A DNA stretch of 64,000 nucleotides from Candidatus Pacearchaeota archaeon (lineage in GTDB: Archaea; Nanobdellota; Nanobdellia; Pacearchaeales; GW2011-AR1): NCBI GenBank assembly GCA_049511795.1, contig JBEKXS010000001.1, positions 129,497 through 193,496 on the forward strand, written 5' to 3'. The stretch's first letter is position 1; every line of letters begins with the position of its first letter. The notes beneath the pieces were generated by a model. That model was given only the letters and a program-made list of their open reading frames with translations. It had not been told where the DNA came from and made no database searches. Shown here piece after piece: positions 8,648 through 18,181 of the stretch. Made by a program: the position numbers and the translations under genes.

Positions 8648-11458
8648 TTGAGGAACAAGATGTATGATTTTAAAAAAATAGAAGAAGAATCACGTGCTTT
8701 TTGGAAAAAACATCAGAAAGATATAGGAAAAGCTGTGCATGAAGAAAAGGGGAAAAAACTCTTTAGTTTCCTTGAGGGGCCTCCAACTGCAAATGCGCCG
8801 CCGGGATTGCATCATCTTGAAGTCAGGACTTACAAAGACCTCATAAACAAATTCAGGTATATGCAGGGTTTTTCTGTACCAAGAAAAGGAGGCTGGGATT
8901 GCCATGGGCTCCCTGTAGAAGTTCAGGTTGAAAAGCAGCTTGGATTGAAATCAAAAAAAGATGTTCTTAAATATGGAGTAAATAAATTTATTCAACATGC
9001 ACGGGACAGCGTTTTTTCTTACATAAAAGAGTGGGAAGATTCTACAAAAGAGTTAAACTACTGGATTGACCTTGAGAATCCTTACATAACTCTTGACAAC
9101 AATTATATAGAAAGTGTATGGTGGAGCCTTAAAGAGATGTATGAAAAAGGTCTTTTGTATGAAGGGCATAAAGTTGTTCCATTTTGCACAAGATGCGGAA
9201 CTCCTTTGTCAAGCCATGAAGTTGCTCAGGGATACAAAGATGTGACAGAAGAATCTGTTTATATTGCATTCAGGGTAAAAGGAGAGAAAAAACTATACAT
9301 TCTTGCATGGACTACAACGCCATGGACTTTGCCTGGAAATGTGGCTCTTGCAGTTGGAAAAAACATAGACTATGTAAAGGTAAAAATTCCTGATGGTGAT
9401 GAAATAATTTTAGGAGAAGATAAATTAAACCTGATTAAAGGAAATTACAAAATAATTGAGCGCCTTAAGGGAAAGGATTTGATAGGAATAGAATATGAAC
9501 CTCTTTATAACATTCCCCAGACGCAGAATGAAAACTCCCATAAGATAATTGCTGCTGATTTTGTATCAACAGAAGAAGGAACAGGAATTGTTCATACTGC
9601 AGTAATGTATGGAGAGGATGATTACGAACTTGGAATGAAAGCAGATCTGCCTGCTGTTCACATTGTTGGTGAAGACGGAAAATTCCTAGACATTGCACCT
9701 GAATTCTTAAGAGGCAGATATGTAAAGGAAGCTGAAAAAGATATAATCTCTGATTTAAAGAATAGAAAGCTTTTATTCAAAACAGAAAAAATTGTACATA
9801 GCTATCCATTTTGCTGGAGATGTGAAACTCCCTTGCTTTATTATGCAGTTGATTCATGGTTCATCAGAGTAAGCAGCGTAAGGGAAAGAATGATGGAGCT
9901 GAACAAAAAAATAAACTGGGAGCCAGACCACATAAGAGATGGAAGATTTGGAAAATGGCTTGAAGGCGCAAAAGATTGGGCATTGTCAAGATTCAAGTTC
10001 TGGGGAACTCCTTTGCCGATATGGGAATGCGAATGTGGAGAGAAAAAAGTCATTGGAAGCATTGAAGAACTGAAAAAACAATCTTTAAAAAAAATAACTG
10101 GAAAAATAGATTTGCACAAGCCTTGGATTGACAGCATAAAATTAAAATGCAAATGCGGAAAAGAAATGGCAAGAATTCCAGATGTAATTGATTGTTGGTA
10201 TGATTCAGGATCTGCAAGCTTTGCACAATTCCATTACCCATTCGAGAATAAAAAAGAGTTTGAAAAAAGGTTCCCATATGATTTTATTGCAGAAGCCATA
10301 GACCAGACAAGAGGGTGGTTTTACACTCTGCACGTAATATCAACTATCATGTTTGATAAGCCAGCTTACAAAAATGTAATATGTGCAGGACATGTTGTCG
10401 ATGAAAAAGGAGAGAAAATGTCAAAATCTAAAGGTAATATAATAAAGATAAGGGAAATAATTGACCAAGCAGGTGTTGATGCGATAAGGCTTCAATTCTG
10501 CACAAGCGATGCAGGAAATCAGAAAAGATTTTCTTATTCATTGATGAAAGAATCTGTTCTTCCTTTCCTTAACGTCCTATATAATGCGGGCAATTATTGT
10601 TCACAGCTTGAAAACAAGAAAAATAAGATGCAGGGAGAAGACAAGTGGATTTTAAGCAAGCTAAATTCATTAATAGAAAATGTCACAAAAGATCTTGAAA
10701 ACTATCAGATAAGCTCCCCATTTCTGAAAATTCAGAATTTTGTTATGAATGATTTTTCGCGCGGATATATAAAAATGACAAGAGATAGGGAAGATACAAA
10801 AGGAATAATAAGTGAAGTTTTGGAAAAGATTTCGTTGCTCCTTGCGCCCTTTGCTCCATACATAACAGAGCATGTGCATTCGCAATTCAGCAAAAAATCT
10901 GTTCATCTTTCTGCATGGCCAAAAACTGATAAGAAAAAAATTAACAAAAAACTCGAAGAAAAATTTGAAAGTTTATTCAAAATAATTGAAAAAGGGATGT
11001 ATGAAAGAGAAGTTGCTAAAGTAAATCTTAGATGGCCAATGAAATCAGTAGATATTACCTCTAATTTTGACATAGACAAAGATATGAAAGAGATAATAAA
11101 AACGCAACTTAACGTCAAAAAAATTGAGACAAAAACAGGAAAAGAGTTTAAAATAAAACTTGATACAAAAACAACGCCAGAGCTTGAAGCAGAGGGATAT
11201 GCACGAGAACTCAGCAGGCAAGTTCAGGATTTCAGGAAAAAGCTCGGGCTGAAGAAAAAAGACATGATTAAGCTCTTCATAATCACCGACGGCAGTTTTG
11301 CGAAAATGCTGGAAAAACAGAAAAACTTTCTGAAAGAAAGGACAAATTCAAAAAAAATTGAAATCGGGCAAAAGTTCAAGGAAACATTTAAAAACAAATT
11401 GAACTTTTCAATAAAAGATAAAAGGGGAGATATGGCAATAATTGTTACTGATAGGTAA
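8648..11458 (+). CDS. ileS: isoleucyl-tRNA synthetase (compact form, 936 aa)
   Basis: Class I HIGH-region variant PPGLHHLE, IleRS-type WDCHGLPVE, KMSKSKGN, and CWRC/CECG zinc-binding segments. Confidence 0.75.
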   Translation: MRNKMYDFKKIEEESRAFWKKHQKDIGKAVHEEKGKKLFSFLEGPPTANAPPGLHHLEVRTYKDLINKFRYMQGFSVPRKGGWDCHGLPVEVQVEKQLGLKSKKDVLKYGVNKFIQHARDSVFSYIKEWEDSTKELNYWIDLENPYITLDNNYIESVWWSLKEMYEKGLLYEGHKVVPFCTRCGTPLSSHEVAQGYKDVTEESVYIAFRVKGEKKLYILAWTTTPWTLPGNVALAVGKNIDYVKVKIPDGDEIILGEDKLNLIKGNYKIIERLKGKDLIGIEYEPLYNIPQTQNENSHKIIAADFVSTEEGTGIVHTAVMYGEDDYELGMKADLPAVHIVGEDGKFLDIAPEFLRGRYVKEAEKDIISDLKNRKLLFKTEKIVHSYPFCWRCETPLLYYAVDSWFIRVSSVRERMMELNKKINWEPDHIRDGRFGKWLEGAKDWALSRFKFWGTPLPIWECECGEKKVIGSIEELKKQSLKKITGKIDLHKPWIDSIKLKCKCGKEMARIPDVIDCWYDSGSASFAQFHYPFENKKEFEKRFPYDFIAEAIDQTRGWFYTLHVISTIMFDKPAYKNVICAGHVVDEKGEKMSKSKGNIIKIREIIDQAGVDAIRLQFCTSDAGNQKRFSYSLMKESVLPFLNVLYNAGNYCSQLENKKNKMQGEDKWILSKLNSLIENVTKDLENYQISSPFLKIQNFVMNDFSRGYIKMTRDREDTKGIISEVLEKISLLLAPFAPYITEHVHSQFSKKSVHLSAWPKTDKKKINKKLEEKFESLFKIIEKGMYEREVAKVNLRWPMKSVDITSNFDIDKDMKEIIKTQLNVKKIETKTGKEFKIKLDTKTTPELEAEGYARELSRQVQDFRKKLGLKKKDMIKLFIITDGSFAKMLEKQKNFLKERTNSKKIEIGQKFKETFKNKLNFSIKDKRGDMAIIVTDR

Positions 11459-11531
11459 GTCCATAACAGTTACCCTTTTACCATAACAATATTTAAAAAT
11501 CAAATCGCACAATTAAATACAACAAAACAAA

Positions 11532-12338
11532 ATGATAGTCAAAGAAGAATTTTTAAGTCGCCTTCGAAAGATTTTTGATTTGAATCAATACGAAGTTAAG
11601 GTTTGGACAGCTCTTCTTTCTCGTGGTACTTCAACTGCAGGAGAATTGAGCAGTATTTCTGATGTTCCACGTTCAAGGACATATGATATTCTTGAAAGCC
11701 TTGAAAAAAAAGGATTTATTGTCATGAAATTGGGAAAGCCAATAAAATTCGTGGCTTTGAAGCCTGCAGAAGTTGTTGAAAGGGTTAAGAAAAATCTTCT
11801 GGTAGATGCAAAGGAGAAATCAAAGAGGCTTGAAACATTAAGAGGGGATGAGGTTCTTGATGAGCTTACTTCATTGTTCACAAAAGGAGTAAAGTTTGTT
11901 GAGCCATCTGATCTTTCAGGCAGCATAAAAGGAAGACAGAATCTTTACAACCACATGGATATGATGGTACGTGACGCAGAGAAAACAATAACAATCATAA
12001 CAACAGAAGAAGGCCTTAACAGAAAGATGGAAGTTCTTATGCCTAGCCTTGAAAAATGCAAAAAACGGGGTGTTAGGATAAGAATTGCTGCACCAATAAC
12101 AAAAAATAATCTTAAGGTCGCAAAAGAGTTCAAGAAAGTCGGAGAAATAAGAAATCTCGACAAGCTCAAGGCAAGACTTGTAATAATTGATTCAAACCAG
12201 ATTATGTTCATGCTTCTTGATGATGAAAAATTCCATCCAAATTACGATGTCGGTGTCTGGATAAACACAGAATTCTTCGCACAGGCACTTGAAGCATTAT
12301 TTGAGTTGGCATGGAAAGACATGAAGTCAGTGCATTAA
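11532..12338 (+). CDS. TrmB-family transcriptional regulator
   Basis: N-terminal wHTH (YEVKVWTALLSRGTSTAGELSSISDVPRSRTYDILESLEKKGF) typical of TrmB. A paralogue lies at 36260-37042. Confidence 0.7.
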   Translation: MIVKEEFLSRLRKIFDLNQYEVKVWTALLSRGTSTAGELSSISDVPRSRTYDILESLEKKGFIVMKLGKPIKFVALKPAEVVERVKKNLLVDAKEKSKRLETLRGDEVLDELTSLFTKGVKFVEPSDLSGSIKGRQNLYNHMDMMVRDAEKTITIITTEEGLNRKMEVLMPSLEKCKKRGVRIRIAAPITKNNLKVAKEFKKVGEIRNLDKLKARLVIIDSNQIMFMLLDDEKFHPNYDVGVWINTEFFAQALEALFELAWKDMKSVH

Positions 12339-12347
12339 GAATAAATT

Positions 12348-14018
12348 TTACATTTCTTCCAGAGTTTCTATTCCTAACAGCCAGAGCGCATTTTTCAAAA
12401 CATTCCTGAAGGATTCAACAAGCGCAATTCTGAAAGATTCTTTTTCTTCAGAGCCAATGACCTTGCAAGTATGATAAAATTCATTGAAAGTCTGGGAAAG
12501 CTGAAGTGCATAATTTGCGATTAACGATGGATTCAAATTTTTGTAAGAATTATGGACAACTTCAGAAAATTCAGACAATTTTTTTACAAGTTCTGTCTCT
12601 TTTTCCTCTAACTCGCCAATTTCAAAATCTTTCAGGGATTTTTTGCTTTTCTTTATTATTGAACTTGCCCTTGCATAACTGTACATCAAATATGGACCTG
12701 TATCGCCTTCAAAATTAAGTGCTTCATCTAAATTAAAATTGATTATTTTGTTTGGTCCATTTTTTATTATTGCATACTTAACTGCTCCAATAGCAACCTT
12801 TTCCGCAATTTTCTTGTTTTTTGATTTTTTCTGCGCTTTTTTTATTGCTTCTGAAATAAAATCTTCAAGCAAAACTACATCACCGCTTCGCGTCGACATT
12901 TTCTTTGATTTTCCTTTTTTTGCCAGAAGTATGAAAGAATAATGAACAACAGAGGGAGGCGTAATATGCAGAAGTTTTAGTGTTTCCTCAAGCTGTTGAA
13001 AATAAAGTTTCTGGTCTTCTCCAAGAACAATAATATTTAGTTCTGATTTCTTCATCTTGTCAATTGTGTAAGCCAAATCACGCAACGGATAAAGCCCCGT
13101 GCCATCTGAACGCGTAAGAACAAGAACCGGAGATTTCATTTGCCCTTGAATTTTTGTTCCTTTCATATCAAGAACCATTCTTCCATCCTTGTCTTCGAAA
13201 AGTTTGCCTGTTGTTTTCAAATCTTCCAAGATATCCATTGTTTTGCTAAGATAAGATGATTCATAATCAAAAACATCATAATGAATTCCCATCTCTGAAA
13301 GAATTTTTCTCTGGCCTTCAACGCATGTCTTTGTTATTGAATTGAATTTTGCAGCAACTTTTTTGTCATTATGCTCAAACTTGTAAAGAAGGTCAAAAAC
13401 TTCTTTTTCGAGCTTTTTTGATTTCTTGACTTTTGATGCAATATTAACATATTTTTGCAGCATATTCTCAAATTTCATTTTCTCTGCTTTTGCAAGAACA
13501 AGCATTGCTATTTGTTTTGAAACATCATTCACAAAATAATGAGTTTCTGTGTTAAATCCATGGAATTTTAAAATACGCACAAGGCTATCACCTATTATTG
13601 CATTTCTCGCCCTCCCCACATGGGGGGCTGCATTTGGGTTTATCGAAGTATGCTCAATAAGAGCTTTTTTTCCTCTGCCCGTGTATGTTTTCCCGAAATC
13701 TAACTTTTTTTTCAGAATTTCTCTGATAAGATTTTTTGTAAGTGCATTTCTGTCAATAAAAAAGTTAATGTAAGGTCCAGAAACCTGAATATCTTTGAAA
13801 TTTGTTTGATTGATTTCACCAATTTCTTCCCTTATTTGAATTGCTATATCATGGGGATTGGTTTTCAGCCTTCCTACAAGAAAAAAACAGGGAAATGCAA
13901 AATCCCCCATGTCTGAATTTGGAGGAATCTCAATAATTTTTTCTATATCCTGAATTTTAATGTCAATTTTTATATTTTTCAGGGCTTGCTGGATAAGTTT
14001 TGCAGCGTCCTCTTTCAT
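12348..14018 (-). CDS. argS: arginyl-tRNA synthetase
   Basis: HTSINPNAAPHVGRARNAIIGD (HIGH-like region of ArgS), class I length and architecture, C-terminal DALR-type anticodon-binding region. Confidence 0.85.
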   Translation of the reverse strand: MKEDAAKLIQQALKNIKIDIKIQDIEKIIEIPPNSDMGDFAFPCFFLVGRLKTNPHDIAIQIREEIGEINQTNFKDIQVSGPYINFFIDRNALTKNLIREILKKKLDFGKTYTGRGKKALIEHTSINPNAAPHVGRARNAIIGDSLVRILKFHGFNTETHYFVNDVSKQIAMLVLAKAEKMKFENMLQKYVNIASKVKKSKKLEKEVFDLLYKFEHNDKKVAAKFNSITKTCVEGQRKILSEMGIHYDVFDYESSYLSKTMDILEDLKTTGKLFEDKDGRMVLDMKGTKIQGQMKSPVLVLTRSDGTGLYPLRDLAYTIDKMKKSELNIIVLGEDQKLYFQQLEETLKLLHITPPSVVHYSFILLAKKGKSKKMSTRSGDVVLLEDFISEAIKKAQKKSKNKKIAEKVAIGAVKYAIIKNGPNKIINFNLDEALNFEGDTGPYLMYSYARASSIIKKSKKSLKDFEIGELEEKETELVKKLSEFSEVVHNSYKNLNPSLIANYALQLSQTFNEFYHTCKVIGSEEKESFRIALVESFRNVLKNALWLLGIETLEEM

Positions 14019-14101
14019 GACAATCCGATGGAAAATAACTTAATAAAGATTTTGAAACAAGAAGTTTTTTAAGCGAAAAACCTCTTGGAAATGCGTGATA
14101 T

Positions 14102-14185
14102 GTGGGTGTGCCAGAGTGGTCAAATGGGCAGGACTTAAGATCCTGTGGCTTAGTGCCTTCGCAGGTTCGAATCCTGTCACCCACA
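14102..14185 (+). tRNA. tRNA-Leu (anticodon TAA)
   Basis: Acceptor GTGGGTG/CACCCAC, anticodon stem CAGGA/TCCTG with loop CTTAAGA, long variable arm, T-arm GCAGG-TTCGAAT-CCTGT, discriminator A73. Confidence 0.85.
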
Positions 14186-14251
14186 ATTAAATTATTAATT
14201 ATTATGATTTTTTATAATAAAATTTTTAAACTGCTCTTTGTGCTGTAGTAT

Positions 14252-14407
14252 ATGGCAAAAGAAGAGATGATAAAACAGGCATTTATTGCTGGCGCGGGCT
14301 CTGCTTTAACCTACAAAGAGAAACATCCTAATGCTACTGAATCAGAAATAATGTCATATGTTACAAAAGAGATGCAGAAATTGCTCAGAGATATTGAGGA
14401 AGACTAA
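14252..14407 (+). CDS. possible small protein (about 51 aa; MAKEEMIKQAFIAGAGSALTYKEKHPNATESEIMSYVTKEMQKLLRDIEED)
   Basis: Short ORF below the track cut-off, between tRNA-Leu and the structured RNA. Unrepetitive composition and normal codon usage. No other support. Confidence 0.2.
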   Translation: MAKEEMIKQAFIAGAGSALTYKEKHPNATESEIMSYVTKEMQKLLRDIEED

Positions 14408-14419
14408 GTATTCACAATC

Positions 14420-14427
14420 TTTATAAA
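14420..14427 (+). promoter_or_regulatory. TATA-box-like element (TTTATAAA) about 24 nt upstream of the 5' end of the structured RNA
   Basis: Archaeal TATA consensus at the expected distance from the start of the terminal helix at about 14448. Confidence 0.35.
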
Positions 14428-14444
14428 CAATTATAATCCTATTC

Positions 14445-14712
14445 CGATGTAGACTAGGTCGGCGGGATAGCCCTCCGCCATTTGCAAACGGGCTTTATGG
14501 CAAACTGCAAGGAAGGATGTAACAGACGCTGTTGGAATGTCCTTGTTCCGACGTTGACGCTTTGTCTGTCTCGATCTTGCAGATGCGAAATGGGTCAGGC
14601 CTTGATCGGAGCAGCCCTAAACATTTGTTAAGGTGCTTGGCAGGTCGCAGAGCCGAGAAAGATTAAGGGTTAACTTTTCAGCAACACTGAAGCTACCTTC
14701 CGAGTCTACAAA
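14445..14712 (+). ncRNA. structured ncRNA, most likely signal recognition particle RNA (7S/SRP RNA)
   Basis: About 268-nt ORF-free island, GC-rich against an AT-rich background. The 5' segment TGTAGACT..TCGG pairs with the 3' segment CCGA..AGTCTACA as a terminal helix. Internal GGGUCAGGCC...GGAGCAGCC resembles the conserved SRP RNA helix-8 motif (GUCAGG..GGAAGCAGCC). No RNase P P4 motifs (GGAAAGUCC, GGCUUA) are present. Confidence 0.5.
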
Positions 14713-14753
14713 TTAATTTTTTCAACGCTAATTTAATAAACTCTTTTTTCTTT

Positions 14754-15278
14754 ATGATTTTGATGGAAAAAAGAGGGCAATTTTATCTTGTTGCTGCAAT
14801 AATCATCACAGTTATTGTCATGGGAATTGCTGCCATTTCAAATTATTCAATAAAATCAGAACCGACAAATGTTGAAGCATTAAAAGAGCAAATACAAACA
14901 GAAAGCACAAAAACAATTGATTATGGCATAAACAAACCATTAGACCAAAACGGGATGTTCAATCTTCTTACTGATTTCACCCAGCAATACATAAATTCTG
15001 AATCAAGGGACAAAAATCTTTACTTCATTTTCGGCACAAAAACAAACATGACTTTGAATGGTTTTCAAAATACAAATAATAATGTTCTTTTAGATAATGC
15101 TGCAGTTACTTCAAACAGCAATAGTGCATTTTTGTATAGTGAAGTGCCTGCAAACCCTAATTTAGTAATATTAACAATAAATCAAACAGACTATGATTTT
15201 AACTTAAGCGATGGGCAAAATTTCTTTTTTGTAATTTCTCAGCAAACAGGAGGTGAAACAGATGTTGTCAGTTGGTAA
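14754..15278 (+). CDS. archaeal type IV pilin-like protein (class III signal peptide)
   Basis: N-terminus MEKRG|QFYLVAAIIITVIVMGIAAI: basic residues, Gly, then a hydrophobic helix, which is the prepilin-peptidase substrate pattern. Sequon-rich remainder. Confidence 0.6.
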   Translation: MILMEKRGQFYLVAAIIITVIVMGIAAISNYSIKSEPTNVEALKEQIQTESTKTIDYGINKPLDQNGMFNLLTDFTQQYINSESRDKNLYFIFGTKTNMTLNGFQNTNNNVLLDNAAVTSNSNSAFLYSEVPANPNLVILTINQTDYDFNLSDGQNFFFVISQQTGGETDVVSW

Positions 15279-16515
15279 ATGGAAGAAGAATAAATTAGGT
15301 GTCAGCGTCATAATCGGCTATATTCTTCTTGTTGCCTTTGCAGTTGTGACTGGAGCAATTGTTTACAACTACCTAAGAACATATGTTCCAACACAACCAT
15401 TGTCATGTCCTGATGGAGTTTCACTTTTTGTTCAGGATTCAAACTACTGCGGAAACCAGCTAAATCTTACGATAAGAAACAATGGAAGATTTGATGTTGC
15501 TGGCTATTATATCAGGGCAACAAATTCATCAAGCCAAACAATCCCAATTATTGACCTTTCTTCTTCTTTAAACAGCACTTACGGCGGATTCCCAAATGGA
15601 AACTTAATTATGTTTTCTCCTGCAAACAATAACTCTTTTACAGCAGGAAATCAGACAATGCATGTGTACACTATTTCATCATCATTAGGAAATATCTCTT
15701 CTATACAAATAGTTCCTGCAGTTTATGAAGTCCAGAACAACAGAAATATTTTAGCAAGATGCTCAAATGCAATCCAAACTGAAAGCGACATTCAATGTAC
15801 AGTTGGTTGTATTCCCGCAATAAATGATAATTTAAACGCAATTTGTGGAATAAGAGTTTGTGGAACACAACAGAATGGGACATGCGGTTCTATTAGTTGC
15901 GGAACTTGTACAGGTGGGAATGTATGCAACTCAACAGGGCAATGTGTTTCTCAATCACAATGCATAGACACATGTACAAACTTAGGATTTCAATGCGGAA
16001 CCCATACAGTTTGTGGAGTAAATACTCTTTGTGGAACATGTAGTGGAACAAATAATCTTTGTAATTCAACAGGGCAGTGTGTATCTTCTCTTTGCGGAAC
16101 CCCTGATCAAGTTTGCAGCAGCGGAGGTTCCCAATCATGTACTATAAATGGGTACCCAGGAACACAAACATGTAATTCTCAATGTACTGCATGGAGTGCA
16201 TGCACAACAACTTATGGAAATGGTGTCTGTGATCCCGGAGAAACTTGTGCAGAACCAGCATGCCAGGGTTATCAAGCAGCATGTACATCAGGAAATGTTT
16301 GTATTTCAGGTTCATGTCAACCAATAGGCGGTGGAAGCACATGCACAAATTACTGCATAAGTTTAGTTAATCATAATCCTAGATACACAAGCGGCAGCTG
16401 CCTTTCTAGTTCAGACCAATGTCAAACTAATGGTGGGACTTATGAATCAGGAGGAAACCCATATTGCCCTCTTGGTTCGTCTCTATCGCCTACAGGAACA
16501 TGCTGTTGTTTTTAA
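15253..16515 (+). CDS. pilin-like N-terminus fused to an extracellular cysteine-rich repeat domain (420 aa)
   Basis: KKNKLG|VSVIIGYILLVAFAVVTGAIV hydrophobic N-terminus, then many CxxC-type repeats (CGTCTGGNVCNSTGQCVS, CGTCSGTNNLCNSTGQCVSS) and many N-x-S/T sequons. Confidence 0.55.
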   Translation: MKQMLSVGKWKKNKLGVSVIIGYILLVAFAVVTGAIVYNYLRTYVPTQPLSCPDGVSLFVQDSNYCGNQLNLTIRNNGRFDVAGYYIRATNSSSQTIPIIDLSSSLNSTYGGFPNGNLIMFSPANNNSFTAGNQTMHVYTISSSLGNISSIQIVPAVYEVQNNRNILARCSNAIQTESDIQCTVGCIPAINDNLNAICGIRVCGTQQNGTCGSISCGTCTGGNVCNSTGQCVSQSQCIDTCTNLGFQCGTHTVCGVNTLCGTCSGTNNLCNSTGQCVSSLCGTPDQVCSSGGSQSCTINGYPGTQTCNSQCTAWSACTTTYGNGVCDPGETCAEPACQGYQAACTSGNVCISGSCQPIGGGSTCTNYCISLVNHNPRYTSGSCLSSSDQCQTNGGTYESGGNPYCPLGSSLSPTGTCCCF

Positions 16516-16550
16516 AATAAATTTATAAATTGCAAAAGCGTTGAATAAAA

Positions 16551-17033
16551 ATGATGAAGAGGATGAAAAAAAGAGGTTTGTCTCCTGTTATTGCGACAAT
16601 GCTTCTTGTTGCAATGACAATTGCTCTTGCTCTTATTGTTTTCTTGTGGTTCCGAAGCTTCAATCAGGAAGCAATCACAAAATTCGGCGGAACAAACATA
16701 GATATTGTATGCCAGCAAGTCCAGTTTGACGCAAATTATGATTCTAGTTCAGATACATTGTCAATTCAAAATTCAGGGAATGTTCCTGTATACAGTTTCA
16801 GCCTTCAGATACAAAAATCAGGAAGCCAGCAGACAATTGATATGACAAGTGCTGTTGCAGACTGGCCAAAAATCGGATTGCCTGTAAATGGAGTTTACTC
16901 CGGAGCAATTGACAGCACAGATGCAAGCGGCGCAAGCACGATAACTGTAATTCCTGTCTTGAGGGGAACTTCAAGCAGCGGAATAAAAACTCATGTTTGT
17001 TCTAGCCAGTACGGGAAGCAATTAACTGTATGA
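16551..17033 (+). CDS. archaeal type IV pilin (class III signal peptide, DUF361-like N-terminus)
   Basis: MMKRMKKRG|LSPVIATMLLVAMTIALALIV is the canonical archaeal pilin N-terminus. Confidence 0.75.
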   Translation: MMKRMKKRGLSPVIATMLLVAMTIALALIVFLWFRSFNQEAITKFGGTNIDIVCQQVQFDANYDSSSDTLSIQNSGNVPVYSFSLQIQKSGSQQTIDMTSAVADWPKIGLPVNGVYSGAIDSTDASGASTITVIPVLRGTSSSGIKTHVCSSQYGKQLTV

Positions 17034-17551
17034 AAATGAAATCAAAAAAAGGATTATCAGCTGTTGTGGAAACTATGATTATGATTGCTCTTGTAATTGC
17101 AGCTGTTTCAATAATCTGGGTCGTCATAAACAATACAATAAACACGCAATTGAATACAGCAAGCTCTTGCGCAAATGTTGTTGACAAAGTCACAATTGAC
17201 CAGAGATATACTTGCTATAATGAAAGCTCTGACCAACTTAGACTTGCAATTAATGTTGGCGACATAAAAAATCTTCAGGACATTTTAGTTTCTATAACAC
17301 AAGGCGGGCAGAGCAAAAGTTTTAAGATAAATACAGACAACGCCACTGACGGTTTGAAGTATTTTAACTGGTCAGGACCTATGCAAATTCCAGGACCAAA
17401 TTCAGGATTAACATATATTTATCCAATGAACTCGCCTATTGTTCAATTTCCAGACCAAGTTGAAATTGCGCCAATTATCAACGGGAACACATGCACAGGA
17501 CCTGCTCCTATAACACAAATAGACAGTTGCACATTGCTCGCTTCTGGATAA
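17030..17551 (+). CDS. archaeal type IV pilin (class III signal peptide)
   Basis: MKMKSKKG|LSAVVETMIMIALVIAAVSII. Overlaps the upstream pilin by 4 nt (operon). Confidence 0.7.
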   Translation: MKMKSKKGLSAVVETMIMIALVIAAVSIIWVVINNTINTQLNTASSCANVVDKVTIDQRYTCYNESSDQLRLAINVGDIKNLQDILVSITQGGQSKSFKINTDNATDGLKYFNWSGPMQIPGPNSGLTYIYPMNSPIVQFPDQVEIAPIINGNTCTGPAPITQIDSCTLLASG

Positions 17552-17604
17552 AACAAAAATATTCTCAAAGAAAATATTATAAACTATCCCTCGCTAGTAG
17601 GTAT

Positions 17605-18171
17605 ATGAATCTGAAAAAGAGGTTTTTATTTGGAAAAACGCGCGGAAAAAATTATATCCAGGGGCAGGTTTGGGTAGAAACGGTTATCTATACCCTTGTT
17701 GCTTTTGCATTAATGGGGCTTGTTCTTGCATTTGTTGTTCCAAAAGTTCAGGAAACGCAAGACAAAGGAATCATACAGCAGTCAGTTGGAATAATGAACA
17801 ACATTGATACAACCATAAGAAATCTTGGGAGCCCGGGAAACCAGAGAGTTATACAATTAAGCATACAAAAAGGCTCTTTGACAATAAATGCCACAAGTGA
17901 CCAGATAATTTTCAACATTGAAAGCAATTACCAATACAGCCAGCCGGGAGAAAATGTCACAGTAGGAAACTTGGTCGTGCAGGATGAAAAAGAAAACAAT
18001 ATTGATGTAATAAATATGGCATTGGATTACTCCGGATTGTATAATCTAAGCTACAATGGGCAGGAAATATCAAAGACATTAACAAGTGCCTCAACGCCAT
18101 ACACTGTCACAATATCTGACCAAGGTCAGGATCCATCAGGAAATGCAATAATAAACTTTCAGGTAAGCTAA
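17605..18171 (+). CDS. pilin-like protein with a Glu+5 after the putative cleavage Gly
   Basis: The track ORF starts upstream at 17491 in low-complexity sequence. The in-frame ATG at 17605 gives MNLKKRFLFGKTRGKNYIQG|QVWVETVIYTLVAFALMGLV. Confidence 0.5.
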   Translation: MNLKKRFLFGKTRGKNYIQGQVWVETVIYTLVAFALMGLVLAFVVPKVQETQDKGIIQQSVGIMNNIDTTIRNLGSPGNQRVIQLSIQKGSLTINATSDQIIFNIESNYQYSQPGENVTVGNLVVQDEKENNIDVINMALDYSGLYNLSYNGQEISKTLTSASTPYTVTISDQGQDPSGNAIINFQVS

Positions 18172-18181
18172 AAATAAAAAA

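Noticed and set aside
13963-14184. 73-aa minus-strand ORF
   Set aside because: It overlaps tRNA-Leu and the argS 5' end. The translation is an artefact of the tRNA sequence.
14445-14712. RNase P RNA as the identity of the structured RNA
   Set aside because: The P4 motifs (GGAAAGUCC and ACAGAA..GGCUUA) and the GGUAAACC-type loops are absent, whereas an SRP helix-8-like motif is present.
17491-17604. 5' extension of the 226-aa ORF (MHRTCSYNTNRQLHIARFWIK...)
   Set aside because: It overlaps the end of the preceding pilin gene in another frame. The pilin-like N-terminus begins at the downstream ATG at 17605.
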